Source: a virus (Duplodnaviria > Caudoviricetes). Taken from it: a stretch of 36,255 bases of DNA. Of the stretch, positions 17,912 to 27,129 are shown piece by piece. The position numbers and the translations under genes were made by a program. Each line of letters starts with the position of its first letter. The first letter of the stretch is position 1. The DNA lies in IMG/VR virus record IMGVR_UViG_3300025018_000317, positions 1 through 36,255 of that record; one strand, given 5' to 3'. The notes under the pieces were generated by a model, which did not search any database, was not told the origin of the DNA, and worked only from the letters and a program-made list of their open reading frames with translations.

Positions 17912-19171
17912 CTATAGAGCTAGAGGGGTTGACTCATCGATATTCTGCCATCCAGAGGATACCGATACAGTAGCCTGAGCTGGTAGCACGATCTCGTTTG
18001 GAATAACCTTGACGTTCTTCAGAACAACAGCTGCCTGTCCCTCATCGAACATCTGTAGAGCATAACGTTCACGAAGCTTGATCTTCATGATGTCTCTAGC
18101 AGGATCATTCCATTCCTCTGTGGTGATTGGCTCATCGATAACTAGAGCACCTAGATGACCACTCTGGAACATATAGATGTCAGTTAGCTTGCGAGCTGCA
18201 TCAAAAGGAACGAATGGGCTAACAATGATCTTAAAAGGAACATTGAAGTAGCTTGGTAGCTGTGGAGCAGAACTCAAGGTCTGAGGATACTCAAGTAGAG
18301 TACTAGGAGTTAGACCATGAGGAGCTGTGTTACCAGTAGAGGTCTGTCCAGGAACAATGTTCTGACCAGAAGCAGCACCGACGCCACCCTGTCCAGCGGC
18401 AGACCATGGACGAGTTCCAGCAGGATTACCAGAATAACCAGCGAAGAAGTTGCCGCCGCCATTCTGTTGAACGAATGAGCGAAGAACTGGATCCTTGACC
18501 CACATCAACCATGAAAGTGGATGCATCAAAATAGTATCAGCCAAATAACCCTGAGCCATCAAATGAGCATAAGCGTCAAAGATGTCATCCATGATTACTG
18601 AACCATTAGGTGCGCCGTACATATCGCGACCGTGAGTTACACCATTAACCGAACGAGTTGGGTTAAGGTTGTCGAAGACTGGTGTACCCAAGCTACGAAT
18701 CATATCAAAGCATTTAACTTCTTTGTGGCGAGCTAGAGCATAGCCTGCCTGACGAAGAAGCATTGAGATAATGTCGAACTGACTGAAGCGAATCATCTCA
18801 TCGGTAACTTTCAGTGCTAGACCTACTTTACCGATTGTTGCAGTCATCGTTCCACCAGCGATAGATGGACCGGTTTCTGGGTATTCCTGACCTTCGGCAA
18901 TGTCAGCGGCAGTTAGCGCTCCCATAGCAGGAAAAGTCAGGGTAGTACCATAGCTATACTTAATAGGCGTAAGCAAATTAGTAGCTACCAACAGTGGCTC
19001 CACAGCTTCTCTTACGATATTCTCGATAACTCTTGGGAAGAATACCGGGGCTGAGGTTGTTGCAAGAACATCCCTTAGCTCGATTGGCTCATGAAGTCCC
19101 GGAATAGCACCTGCGTTATCCCAAAGATAACGAAGCTCTTGGACTGTCATGTCTTTTAGATTAAAATCCAT
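17912..19171 (-). CDS. Major capsid protein (HK97 fold)
   Basis: 419 aa; FPRVIENIVREA, IAEGQEYPE, KVGLALKVTDEMI, DTILMHP, IKLRERYA; AGGAGG SD; downstream terminator. Confidence 0.92.
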   Translation of the reverse strand: MDFNLKDMTVQELRYLWDNAGAIPGLHEPIELRDVLATTSAPVFFPRVIENIVREAVEPLLVATNLLTPIKYSYGTTLTFPAMGALTAADIAEGQEYPETGPSIAGGTMTATIGKVGLALKVTDEMIRFSQFDIISMLLRQAGYALARHKEVKCFDMIRSLGTPVFDNLNPTRSVNGVTHGRDMYGAPNGSVIMDDIFDAYAHLMAQGYLADTILMHPLSWLMWVKDPVLRSFVQQNGGGNFFAGYSGNPAGTRPWSAAGQGGVGAASGQNIVPGQTSTGNTAPHGLTPSTLLEYPQTLSSAPQLPSYFNVPFKIIVSPFVPFDAARKLTDIYMFQSGHLGALVIDEPITTEEWNDPARDIMKIKLRERYALQMFDEGQAAVVLKNVKVIPNEIVLPAQATVSVSSGWQNIDESTPLAL

Positions 19172-19191
19172 TATAAAAATCCTCCTTAAGA

Positions 19192-20598
19192 TTATCGAGA
19201 GATCAGGTTAATGATCGCAACTAGATCTGCAGCTCCAGCAAAATGTAGATTAGCTGGGTAGCCACCGGTAGCAGAACCAGGCATCTGATCCAACTGACCA
19301 CGGTTTAAGCTAGCAGAGCCAGCAACACCGTTAGCCATGGTACCAGAAGCATCAGTTAGCAACGCTGGATTCCAAGCGGTTCTAACTCTATCAAGAGCAT
19401 CGCGGGGATGAGTCTCGAAACCTAGAACCTGACCAAGAATAGCGTAACCATCAGTTGCAGGATCGGCCTTAACAAAGTTTGAACCTGCTCCTGCCTTTAC
19501 AAAGTCACCAGGGACAATAACAGAAGAACCTGCCAATAGAGAGGCGAATTCAGAAGTTACTGTTGGAGCTGTGCCGTAACGGTAGTAAGTAAGACTTACT
19601 GTGCCAGCAGCGCCACTTAGTGAAGTTGGAAGAGTTGTTCCATCTGCAGAGTAGATGAAAACTACACCAGCATCGTAGTCAACAAAGAAGTCGCCAGCCT
19701 GACTAACGCCAGAAATAGAAGACTTCTCGCTAACTAGGATATCAGAAACATCGTCAGCAGTATTGTCGCTAGCTAGAGCTAGAGTTGTTCTGCTTGTATT
19801 CTTTGCTAGGTGAGTCTCGTCTAGAACAAAAGCTACAACTGGATATGTTGTAAGAACAGGAATGTAGCCCGTAGTAGAGTCATAACGACCTGTAGCTTCT
19901 CCAACAATACGTGCTCTTGTAACAACAACTCCATCTCCTAGTGTTGGATTAGAGTCAGTTACGGTAGCATCGATCGTCTCTGAGGCTTCTTGCCCTGGGA
20001 CAAGAGGTAGACGAAGGACATAGTCGCACAAGAACGCAACTTGGTGTTGCATAATAAAATTGTGCTTATCTAGCTGAGTTGGGTTCCAACCGTCGCCACC
20101 TGCCCACTGTAGATAAGGCATTGGACAAACACCAACTGGATACTTAGCGGTAGCATCGTTAAAGGCTAGACCCTGAATACCCATAAAGCCTGAAGTAACA
20201 GAGACACCAGCGTTAGCTGCTGTGAAGCCAGCACCACGAGTACCTGTTAGATTGGCCAGAACAACAGTTTTTGCAGTAGTTACCGGATTGCCTGTAGCAA
20301 CGTCGATAACACCAGCATCAACATCATTCTGAGTGTAGACAACTGATGCACTTGTTAGACCATACTCAGCTGGCATCAGGTATCCTAGGGGATCCATTGA
20401 GACAGCCTTACCTGGCATAACAACTACCCAGTTCTCATAGTGCTTGTCATAAAACTTGACTGGAAGCCATGCAGCTGGATGTGTCTCGATGTGTGGACGA
20501 ATACCCTCTGAGTGTTCCACAACGGGAACAATTCTACCTTGGTGGTCCCAAACCTTGTGATTTCCAGAATACTGGCCAATTGTGTTAAAAGACATCAA
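19192..20598 (-). CDS. Capsid-associated/decoration protein
   Basis: 468 aa G/A/T/S/V-rich, between protease and MCP; PGDFVKA...ILGQV pattern; AGGAGG SD. Confidence 0.6.
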   Translation of the reverse strand: MMSFNTIGQYSGNHKVWDHQGRIVPVVEHSEGIRPHIETHPAAWLPVKFYDKHYENWVVVMPGKAVSMDPLGYLMPAEYGLTSASVVYTQNDVDAGVIDVATGNPVTTAKTVVLANLTGTRGAGFTAANAGVSVTSGFMGIQGLAFNDATAKYPVGVCPMPYLQWAGGDGWNPTQLDKHNFIMQHQVAFLCDYVLRLPLVPGQEASETIDATVTDSNPTLGDGVVVTRARIVGEATGRYDSTTGYIPVLTTYPVVAFVLDETHLAKNTSRTTLALASDNTADDVSDILVSEKSSISGVSQAGDFFVDYDAGVVFIYSADGTTLPTSLSGAAGTVSLTYYRYGTAPTVTSEFASLLAGSSVIVPGDFVKAGAGSNFVKADPATDGYAILGQVLGFETHPRDALDRVRTAWNPALLTDASGTMANGVAGSASLNRGQLDQMPGSATGGYPANLHFAGAADLVAIINLISR

Positions 20599-20613
20599 TA
20601 ATCCTCCTATTGA

Positions 20614-21486
20614 CTATTGTTGACTGGCAGAAGCATTTAGTCTATCTGTCCAGTCTTTCAAGAAATTATCTGCAACCTTTTCGCCATGTAGTTTCTTTAT
20701 TTCCCAGTAAGCAATTTTTAGTTCACTTGGAATTTTTGTGGTATCTGTATCTTTAATTACTGGTTCTACTGCGAGCGTTGGGTCCTCTACGGTGCCTTCA
20801 GGCTTTCTCGTCATACCAGAAGTAAGCATATCAGCAATCTTCTCTATGTCAACGGAAGCACTAAGGGTTGTGATGGTGTCTGTTAGTTTTTGAACATCAA
20901 ACGTTCCAAAATCTGTATCTTTCAGCTCTGTTTTTTGCTCAGTTGAAGAAATCTTAAAAAGATCTGAAATATGTGCAATCTTAGCGTTTTTGGCTTCTTC
21001 TAGAGCGTCAGCAAGAGACATTTCCAAATTGGAAATATCTTCGGTAAGATATCTTACTTCTTTTTCTAGCCTGTTTACTTTGTCTAAAAGCTTGGCTGTC
21101 TCATCATCGCTTATAGTGTTGTTTTCAACCTCGGTAACAGGATCACTAACAACATCTTCTACTTCTGATTTTTCTACTCCAAACCTTTCGGATAGAAGAG
21201 TGTACAATCTGTCAACAAGAATTGTAAGTGTTGCTTCGTCAATCACAGGAGTTGCCACTAACTCCTCTGAAGAGTCAGCAACTTGAGTCACTTCTGTTGT
21301 TTCTGTCTCTGTGGCTACCTCTTGTGTAGACACTTCCTCTTTTGGGAGCGTTGCGTCAAAAAGAGAATATAGAGTTTCTTCTGACAGATCCTTGTTCTCG
21401 TCTACAATCTTCTTAATTAGATTTGGATCAAGTGTTGCGTCTTGAAACTTTTCTTTTAGAAGACTCATAGCCTTTTTAAAAGTCAT
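20614..21486 (-). CDS. Probable nested in-frame scaffold protein (290 aa)
   Basis: Internal GGAGG (21495-21499) 8 nt before in-frame ATG 21486 (Met274) at the protease/scaffold boundary. Confidence 0.55.
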   Translation of the reverse strand: MTFKKAMSLLKEKFQDATLDPNLIKKIVDENKDLSEETLYSLFDATLPKEEVSTQEVATETETTEVTQVADSSEELVATPVIDEATLTILVDRLYTLLSERFGVEKSEVEDVVSDPVTEVENNTISDDETAKLLDKVNRLEKEVRYLTEDISNLEMSLADALEEAKNAKIAHISDLFKISSTEQKTELKDTDFGTFDVQKLTDTITTLSASVDIEKIADMLTSGMTRKPEGTVEDPTLAVEPVIKDTDTTKIPSELKIAYWEIKKLHGEKVADNFLKDWTDRLNASASQQ

Positions 21487-22305
21487 TGCATTTTCCTCCA
21501 TAGTTAAATCAACTGCATCAGTTATAAAACTAATGCTAAAGCTGTCTTCTGTTGTAATTGCTGAATCGTTTAAGATACCGAGAATGGCAGAATGGGTGTC
21601 GGCAGGTGCGTTAACTACTGACCATTCATTATAGTCAAGATCGCCAGCAACCATAACACAAGTAGTGCCATCATAAACCTTTCCTGGTGTATGCTTGCAC
21701 TTACCATCTTTAGCCCAATCTTTTTTACAAACTGAACACATAATTGCGTCAGTAGAGGCACCTACAGATCCAGTAAGATATCTCTTGTCTAGGATTTTAA
21801 GAATTGCCTCAGAATCGGTAATCTCGGCCACTAGTTCAATGTATCCAAGCCCTTCGTAAGATGGATCGTCAACAAATCTTGTGTCTAAAATATTTTTAGC
21901 CACATAACTTACCTGATCTAAAAAAGACATTTCTCCAGCAATAAACTTATCGAAGATATCGTTGTCTTTGAAAGAGTCAGAGATAGTTGCAACACCTGAG
22001 CTAATATCTACATACCTAGAAGAGACAACTCTTCCGATTGGATCAGCTTTGTCATTGTGGTGAATTTGAATTGGTTTTGCATACTGAGCAGTAAAAGATG
22101 GGGCGCCAGCTTTCATCTTCGAAGGAAGATAGAATCCCTTGTTTCTTGTAACCTTACCGGCGTGAGTAGCTGCAATAACAACCTTGAGAGGGGTTACTGT
22201 TTCGCCATCTTTAATCTGCTGACTATAGCTATCTTTTAGTTGAGTACTTACCTGCTCAACCGGTTTAAGGATGAATGTATTTTTAATAGGTATTCTATTT
22301 GCCAT
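20614..22305 (-). CDS. Prohead protease fused to scaffold domain
   Basis: IQIHH..DPIGRV, GSVG, CSVC..CKHTPG, EWSVVNAPAD (HK97/U35-like protease pattern); acidic coiled-coil C-terminal half. Confidence 0.85.
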   Translation of the reverse strand: MANRIPIKNTFILKPVEQVSTQLKDSYSQQIKDGETVTPLKVVIAATHAGKVTRNKGFYLPSKMKAGAPSFTAQYAKPIQIHHNDKADPIGRVVSSRYVDISSGVATISDSFKDNDIFDKFIAGEMSFLDQVSYVAKNILDTRFVDDPSYEGLGYIELVAEITDSEAILKILDKRYLTGSVGASTDAIMCSVCKKDWAKDGKCKHTPGKVYDGTTCVMVAGDLDYNEWSVVNAPADTHSAILGILNDSAITTEDSFSISFITDAVDLTMEENAMTFKKAMSLLKEKFQDATLDPNLIKKIVDENKDLSEETLYSLFDATLPKEEVSTQEVATETETTEVTQVADSSEELVATPVIDEATLTILVDRLYTLLSERFGVEKSEVEDVVSDPVTEVENNTISDDETAKLLDKVNRLEKEVRYLTEDISNLEMSLADALEEAKNAKIAHISDLFKISSTEQKTELKDTDFGTFDVQKLTDTITTLSASVDIEKIADMLTSGMTRKPEGTVEDPTLAVEPVIKDTDTTKIPSELKIAYWEIKKLHGEKVADNFLKDWTDRLNASASQQ

Positions 22306-22317
22306 TAAAAAGCGCTC

Positions 22318-24540
22318 CTATAAAAGTTTAATATTCATTCTACTGCCGGGATGAAAAGGAGGAACATCGTCAATAGATATGTTCTCTAAGCTTGTTCTTT
22401 TACCACTTATAGCCTGGCAAGCATCGCAGCCCTCTTCATGTGCCAATAGTTCCAACTCAGCAAGTCCAATAGCTTTTGCACCAAGAACAATACCAAAATT
22501 TCTAGCCTTTTTTCTTTCTGTATCCCAAAGAAATCTTGTTCTATACTCGATCGCGTCAAAGGCTAATTGAATTTGTTTCGATATCTCAGTTTGAGCTTCA
22601 TCGAGTGTAACATCTTCAACCTTTTCGTCAATTCTTCGCTTAGATAGATCTATAGAATCCTTTGCAATTTTATGCAGTCTAAAATAAATGCGATCTGCAA
22701 TTACAGACCTAGCGTAACTCAGCATACCGATATCGCTCATATTGCCGGTTACCGACTGAAATCCCTGGATAAAGTCAGACATACAGACCGACTTAAATTT
22801 GTCTATATTTGTATTTGCCCATGCTGTTGCCTGCGCATTTAGATAGTCGTAATCAATCTTTCTTGAGGTAGAGATTCCTAAAAGAGCACGGTTTTGTGAG
22901 TCGCTAGAAAGACTTAAAAAAGACTCGGTTACAAAATTGTCTGCAATGGAGTTTCTTACTCCACTTGTATTTCCCGTTCCTGCTTTTCTTTGAGCACTAG
23001 CTTTTTCTTTAGATTCTGTTTTGATTTTTTGTTCTTGAGCTTTCTGGGCAGTCTGTTGTTGTTTGGCAGTTACTCCAGATGAACGAGCTTGAGATGCTAC
23101 TTGAGAGGCAACCGAATAAGGTTCATCAACAGCACGAATAAGGTTTAGAGGTTCTTCAAATAACTTCCAATAAGTATTGAACCATTCTGGATACTTCTTT
23201 GGATCTTGATCTTCTCCGTCTTCTGGAATCTTAATAGGTTTCATTCTGAGCCTGCTTCTAAATTCATCCCAGGTAAGACCATTAGATTTAAACATTTCGG
23301 CAGAATGTTGTTCTTGTTCAATGCGATTCTGGATATCTACTTCTGCGAACTCCAGATGAACCATATTCTCTTCTTCCAAAACGTCGTCACCAAACGTAGA
23401 TTCTAAAAGAAGTTCAGAGATAACATATTGATCCCAAAGAGCTTCAAGGTCGTCTTGAATGGCCTTGACAGCATCTACAAGGGCTCTTGAGAGAGTGTTG
23501 GCCGTAGCCCTATTAGTTGTGTCTCCATCGCCCATATCAACCGAGGAGACGCCAAGACCAGCAAATGCTCTCTTTTTAAAATGAGTAAGGTATCCCTCGG
23601 CACGAAGGGCTCTTCCTTCTGATCCAATTGCCTTTACTTCATGTCTCTCAGGAGTAACAATGGCTCCCTCTGCTGGCATAATTCTAATCTGGTCGCGAAC
23701 AGCGTCTACTTCTCTAACACCTTCTTCTGTGTAACCTGCTGGTGCTGACTCAGTACCAACGATATAGTGAAATAAAGGAAAGATGTGTTGATACAACAAC
23801 ATCTCAATATTTTCTTCTATCTGACGGAGAGCACGGATATCGTCCTTAACTGGAATTAAAGTTGGCACACCAAAAAGAAAACCTTCTCGTGTGTCTATAG
23901 CAAAATGGATTACGTCGTCTGGAGAGAAGTCTTTATATCTTCCGTTAGGTAACTTTTGGCGCCACTTCTTAATAACGCCAGTTTCTTTATTGATATCAAC
24001 ATGCATTGTTTCAGGCGCAGCAACAAAATAACCAGCAATTGGTTTTAACACCTTTCCTTCTGGAGTTGTGCGAATCTTACCACCAGAAGCATTGATATCC
24101 CTCTTCTTTATTAGAAATGCATTAGAAGTTCTAATCAGCGAACGTGCAATGCGTTTTAGCAAGAAAATAGTAGGAATTCCTGTAGCTTGAGAAATTTGTC
24201 TCATTCTAGCTTCGTAATATCTAACCGTGTCAGGATTTAACCCGCGAAGGCCAATACCTTCTTTAAACATAAGACCTTCTTTCTTTTTGAAAGACTGTCG
24301 AACGAATGAATCTGTATCTTCTATTTTGCCGATTTCTGACAAATCGTAGACAGGGGTAGTGAACTGGCCTCTACACGAAGCAAAATGTTGGTTGTATGTT
24401 AGTACATTAGGTGTAACTTTTCTAATGCCAGAGACTGGAAGGTCGGATTTGAAAACGGTATTTACGTCAATATCCGTAACACCACCTACTGTTTTAGTAG
24501 TTTTGCCAAATAAGTTTTTAAAAAAGCTTTTAATGCCCAT
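22318..24540 (-). CDS. Portal protein with C-terminal MuF/SPP1 gp7-like domain
   Basis: DVIHF...LFGVPTL.P..DDIRALRQIEE...FAGLGVS portal pattern; C-terminal GCDAC...VPPFHPGSR resembles MuF CxxC...PxHPxCRC. Confidence 0.85.
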   Translation of the reverse strand: MGIKSFFKNLFGKTTKTVGGVTDIDVNTVFKSDLPVSGIRKVTPNVLTYNQHFASCRGQFTTPVYDLSEIGKIEDTDSFVRQSFKKKEGLMFKEGIGLRGLNPDTVRYYEARMRQISQATGIPTIFLLKRIARSLIRTSNAFLIKKRDINASGGKIRTTPEGKVLKPIAGYFVAAPETMHVDINKETGVIKKWRQKLPNGRYKDFSPDDVIHFAIDTREGFLFGVPTLIPVKDDIRALRQIEENIEMLLYQHIFPLFHYIVGTESAPAGYTEEGVREVDAVRDQIRIMPAEGAIVTPERHEVKAIGSEGRALRAEGYLTHFKKRAFAGLGVSSVDMGDGDTTNRATANTLSRALVDAVKAIQDDLEALWDQYVISELLLESTFGDDVLEEENMVHLEFAEVDIQNRIEQEQHSAEMFKSNGLTWDEFRSRLRMKPIKIPEDGEDQDPKKYPEWFNTYWKLFEEPLNLIRAVDEPYSVASQVASQARSSGVTAKQQQTAQKAQEQKIKTESKEKASAQRKAGTGNTSGVRNSIADNFVTESFLSLSSDSQNRALLGISTSRKIDYDYLNAQATAWANTNIDKFKSVCMSDFIQGFQSVTGNMSDIGMLSYARSVIADRIYFRLHKIAKDSIDLSKRRIDEKVEDVTLDEAQTEISKQIQLAFDAIEYRTRFLWDTERKKARNFGIVLGAKAIGLAELELLAHEEGCDACQAISGKRTSLENISIDDVPPFHPGSRMNIKLL

Positions 24541-26015
24541 TATTTACTCAACTCTTTGATCCACTGATTTGTTTGATCAACTTGACTGATTTGAAGCTGC
24601 ATCTTACAAGGAAGCGCTACTCTAATTGGATTAACGAGATTATCTGCAACTTTCTTCAACTCTGGAAGTAACAAATCTTCACCTTCGAATTTAATCACAT
24701 TTTCTGTTTCAGACAAGGACCCGATAGCATTATCAAAGTTGGGATCTTTTTCAGTTACTACAAGCTCTCCGTTGTCAACTCTAATAGAGTAGGCACTATT
24801 AGGGTTTAAGTATGTATTGAAAAAGTTATCTATATCGTTTAGTTCAGGTTCTCTTTCTGGATTACAAGCAGCATGACCCTGAGAAATTGCAATAATGATA
24901 GCTGTAACAAAAGATACCATTCTGATGATTTTTAAAATCTTTAACTTGGCTTGAATATAGGCGCTATCACCTACTCCAAATTCTCCTAACATTGCCTTTA
25001 CTTGATCGATATAGAAATTTAGCTTTTCTTTAATCTTAAAAGTTGCTTCTTGTAACTGAGCAGATAATTGCTGCATTGCGTTGCTAAGATCTTTTGTTGC
25101 GTTCTCTATGGTTTTTTTACCTTCTTCTACTGAGCTAGTGTCTAGTTTTAATTCAGGAGCTTTTACTCCTAGTTTTTCCATCTGTTGGTTTATAGAGTCT
25201 ATGATGCACTGTAGTGGATTGGTTACCAGGAGAGAGAATTGGTCTAGTAGAGATGTTATGGCCATTAAAATAGGTGCAAAAAGGGGCGCGATTATGGCCT
25301 GTAGCATTCCAATAAGACCATCTAAAGTTGGAACCTCTAACATAAATAAAGCCATAAGTGTTGCGATAATTCTTTGCAAATCTGGTACACACATAAAAGA
25401 AAGAAGATCTAACAGTTCGCATAAACTGCCAAAAGCATCAAAATTACTTAATAAATCAGTAATATCACTTACAAGCTTGAGAGAGCTTTTTACAAACCCT
25501 TCTAGTGCTCCAAGTAAATCTACATGAGGGTGTAACTCAAGGAATGCCTGAATACGAAAACCACAAGGGATACAGTCTTTTGCCCAGTCAACAAGAGCAG
25601 AACCAAAATCATTTCCACCAAGAGTTGTTGCCTGTTGGGTTCCCATGTCGAGAGATTGCTTGCCGTGATCTGTTTGAGCACTGACACCTTGTGATTCTGG
25701 AAGAGATGAAGCGAACTTTTGAGCTTGCTGCTGAGCTTGAGAAACACTCTGAGAAGGAGCTTGGAGATAACTGCCAACGTTTATGGCGGCATACTCAGCA
25801 AACTTCTTATTGTTTTGTACTGTTCTGCTAAGTGTGGCAAATACGGCAGACTCAGAAGGAGTTGAATGGGCCGCTCGTTCATAAGTAGATGCAATAAGCG
25901 CACAGTCTTGTGTCCTTGTGCCAAAATCTAATCTATCTGGATCAATGCCATTAAGGTCTAGACCAGTGAAGTCAAATTTAGGAGCTTTGGTTTGTATTCC
26001 AACTTCGACAGTCAT
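24540..26015 (-). CDS. Hypothetical protein with hydrophobic/amphipathic helices and Cys motifs
   Basis: 491 aa; DCIPC, LC..L..LSFMC; long apolar helices and a coiled coil; overlaps portal start. Confidence 0.7.
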   Translation of the reverse strand: MTVEVGIQTKAPKFDFTGLDLNGIDPDRLDFGTRTQDCALIASTYERAAHSTPSESAVFATLSRTVQNNKKFAEYAAINVGSYLQAPSQSVSQAQQQAQKFASSLPESQGVSAQTDHGKQSLDMGTQQATTLGGNDFGSALVDWAKDCIPCGFRIQAFLELHPHVDLLGALEGFVKSSLKLVSDITDLLSNFDAFGSLCELLDLLSFMCVPDLQRIIATLMALFMLEVPTLDGLIGMLQAIIAPLFAPILMAITSLLDQFSLLVTNPLQCIIDSINQQMEKLGVKAPELKLDTSSVEEGKKTIENATKDLSNAMQQLSAQLQEATFKIKEKLNFYIDQVKAMLGEFGVGDSAYIQAKLKILKIIRMVSFVTAIIIAISQGHAACNPEREPELNDIDNFFNTYLNPNSAYSIRVDNGELVVTEKDPNFDNAIGSLSETENVIKFEGEDLLLPELKKVADNLVNPIRVALPCKMQLQISQVDQTNQWIKELSK

Positions 26016-26017
26016 TA

Positions 26018-26686
26018 TTAAGCTCCATGTGGTGCCGAAGCAAGATGCACTGCAATTTGTGAGGATGTTTGGCTTTGAATCATTGGAAGCATAAGAGCAA
26101 ACAGAGCAATAACGGCAGACTTCTGGAAAGATTCTGTATCTATTGGCTTAATAGAGTTAAGAGGGGATGAAATCTCCGGTCTATTTTCCCCATTCTGATT
26201 GTTAATTCCTCCAAAGTCAGTTCGTAGTGGATCAGCTTTTGCTTGTCTAATGTCTTCGGCGGTTGGTCCAAGAGGTGGAATGGTGGACTCATTTAGGCAG
26301 TTTAATGCTTGCTTATAGTCATCATAGCTTACTTGGGTTGGGTCTGCCTTGTCGGGAAACCTTCTTTTCATAGCGGCAATAGTAGCTGCATCATTTACTC
26401 GATCAAGCTTAGCAGTAAAACCACCTCCAGTCCTTACTCTATTGTCTATCTTCTCCTGGGTAGCATCAAATAGTTTACCTAAGGCTTCCAGGTTTGTTTT
26501 GAGAGAGGTAGCGCGATCTCTAAACGAATCGATTGTCTCGGGTTCTTCAGCAGCCTGAGTATCTTTTAGTTGATCTGGTTCAATATATTCAATAACTGGA
26601 CGAAACTTAAAGATATCGTAATCGTCGTCAAATGCATTGGCAACATCTTCCGGAACCACAAAATTTGCCTTCTTTTTATCAGCCAT
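26018..26686 (-). CDS. Hypothetical protein
   Basis: 222-aa ORF tightly packed in the operon; hydrophobic AVIALFALMLPMI near C-terminus. Confidence 0.7.
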   Translation of the reverse strand: MADKKKANFVVPEDVANAFDDDYDIFKFRPVIEYIEPDQLKDTQAAEEPETIDSFRDRATSLKTNLEALGKLFDATQEKIDNRVRTGGGFTAKLDRVNDAATIAAMKRRFPDKADPTQVSYDDYKQALNCLNESTIPPLGPTAEDIRQAKADPLRTDFGGINNQNGENRPEISSPLNSIKPIDTESFQKSAVIALFALMLPMIQSQTSSQIAVHLASAPHGA

Positions 26687-27120
26687 TACACTAGAATCTC
26701 CGTAGCCAGTATTCTTAACACAATATCGGTAATATTTCTTACAGCTTGGTTTCTAGGAATTTTAACATAAACCCATACGGGAAGATAGGTATGAATGTCT
26801 GGTAGGGTTGTCGATCCAATATCAGGAAGAGTTAGAGTAGATCCAGGATCTATGGTATCCCATTCTTCTCCGGTCACAGGAACACTCTTTGAAGCGAGCT
26901 TCCATTCCCAGCCAGAAGTACTGCCGTCAACAAGATTTTCATTAAGACTGTCAATAGCTAAAATAGAAATATCTAGATAAGATTTTCTAATATCATCGTT
27001 TCTAACAAACACTTGTTGGGCTACAACGCCCCCTGTTCTTCCGTCAAAGGTAACCCTGAAAGGATTTTGAGAGGTAACTAGGGCTGTTGCCTTAGGCTTT
27101 AAGTAAACTCCTAAACTCAT
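26686..27120 (-). CDS. Hypothetical beta-rich protein
   Basis: 144 aa, GGAG SD overlapping terminase stop; alternating hydrophobic pattern. Confidence 0.7.
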   Translation of the reverse strand: MSLGVYLKPKATALVTSQNPFRVTFDGRTGGVVAQQVFVRNDDIRKSYLDISILAIDSLNENLVDGSTSGWEWKLASKSVPVTGEEWDTIDPGSTLTLPDIGSTTLPDIHTYLPVWVYVKIPRNQAVRNITDIVLRILATEILV

Positions 27121-27129
27121 AGTATTCTC

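Noticed and set aside
10812-25777. Short alternative-frame minus-strand ORFs (10812-11021, 12854-13060, 25153-25422, 25520-25777)
   Set aside because: Fully nested in well-supported genes with no recognisable motifs.
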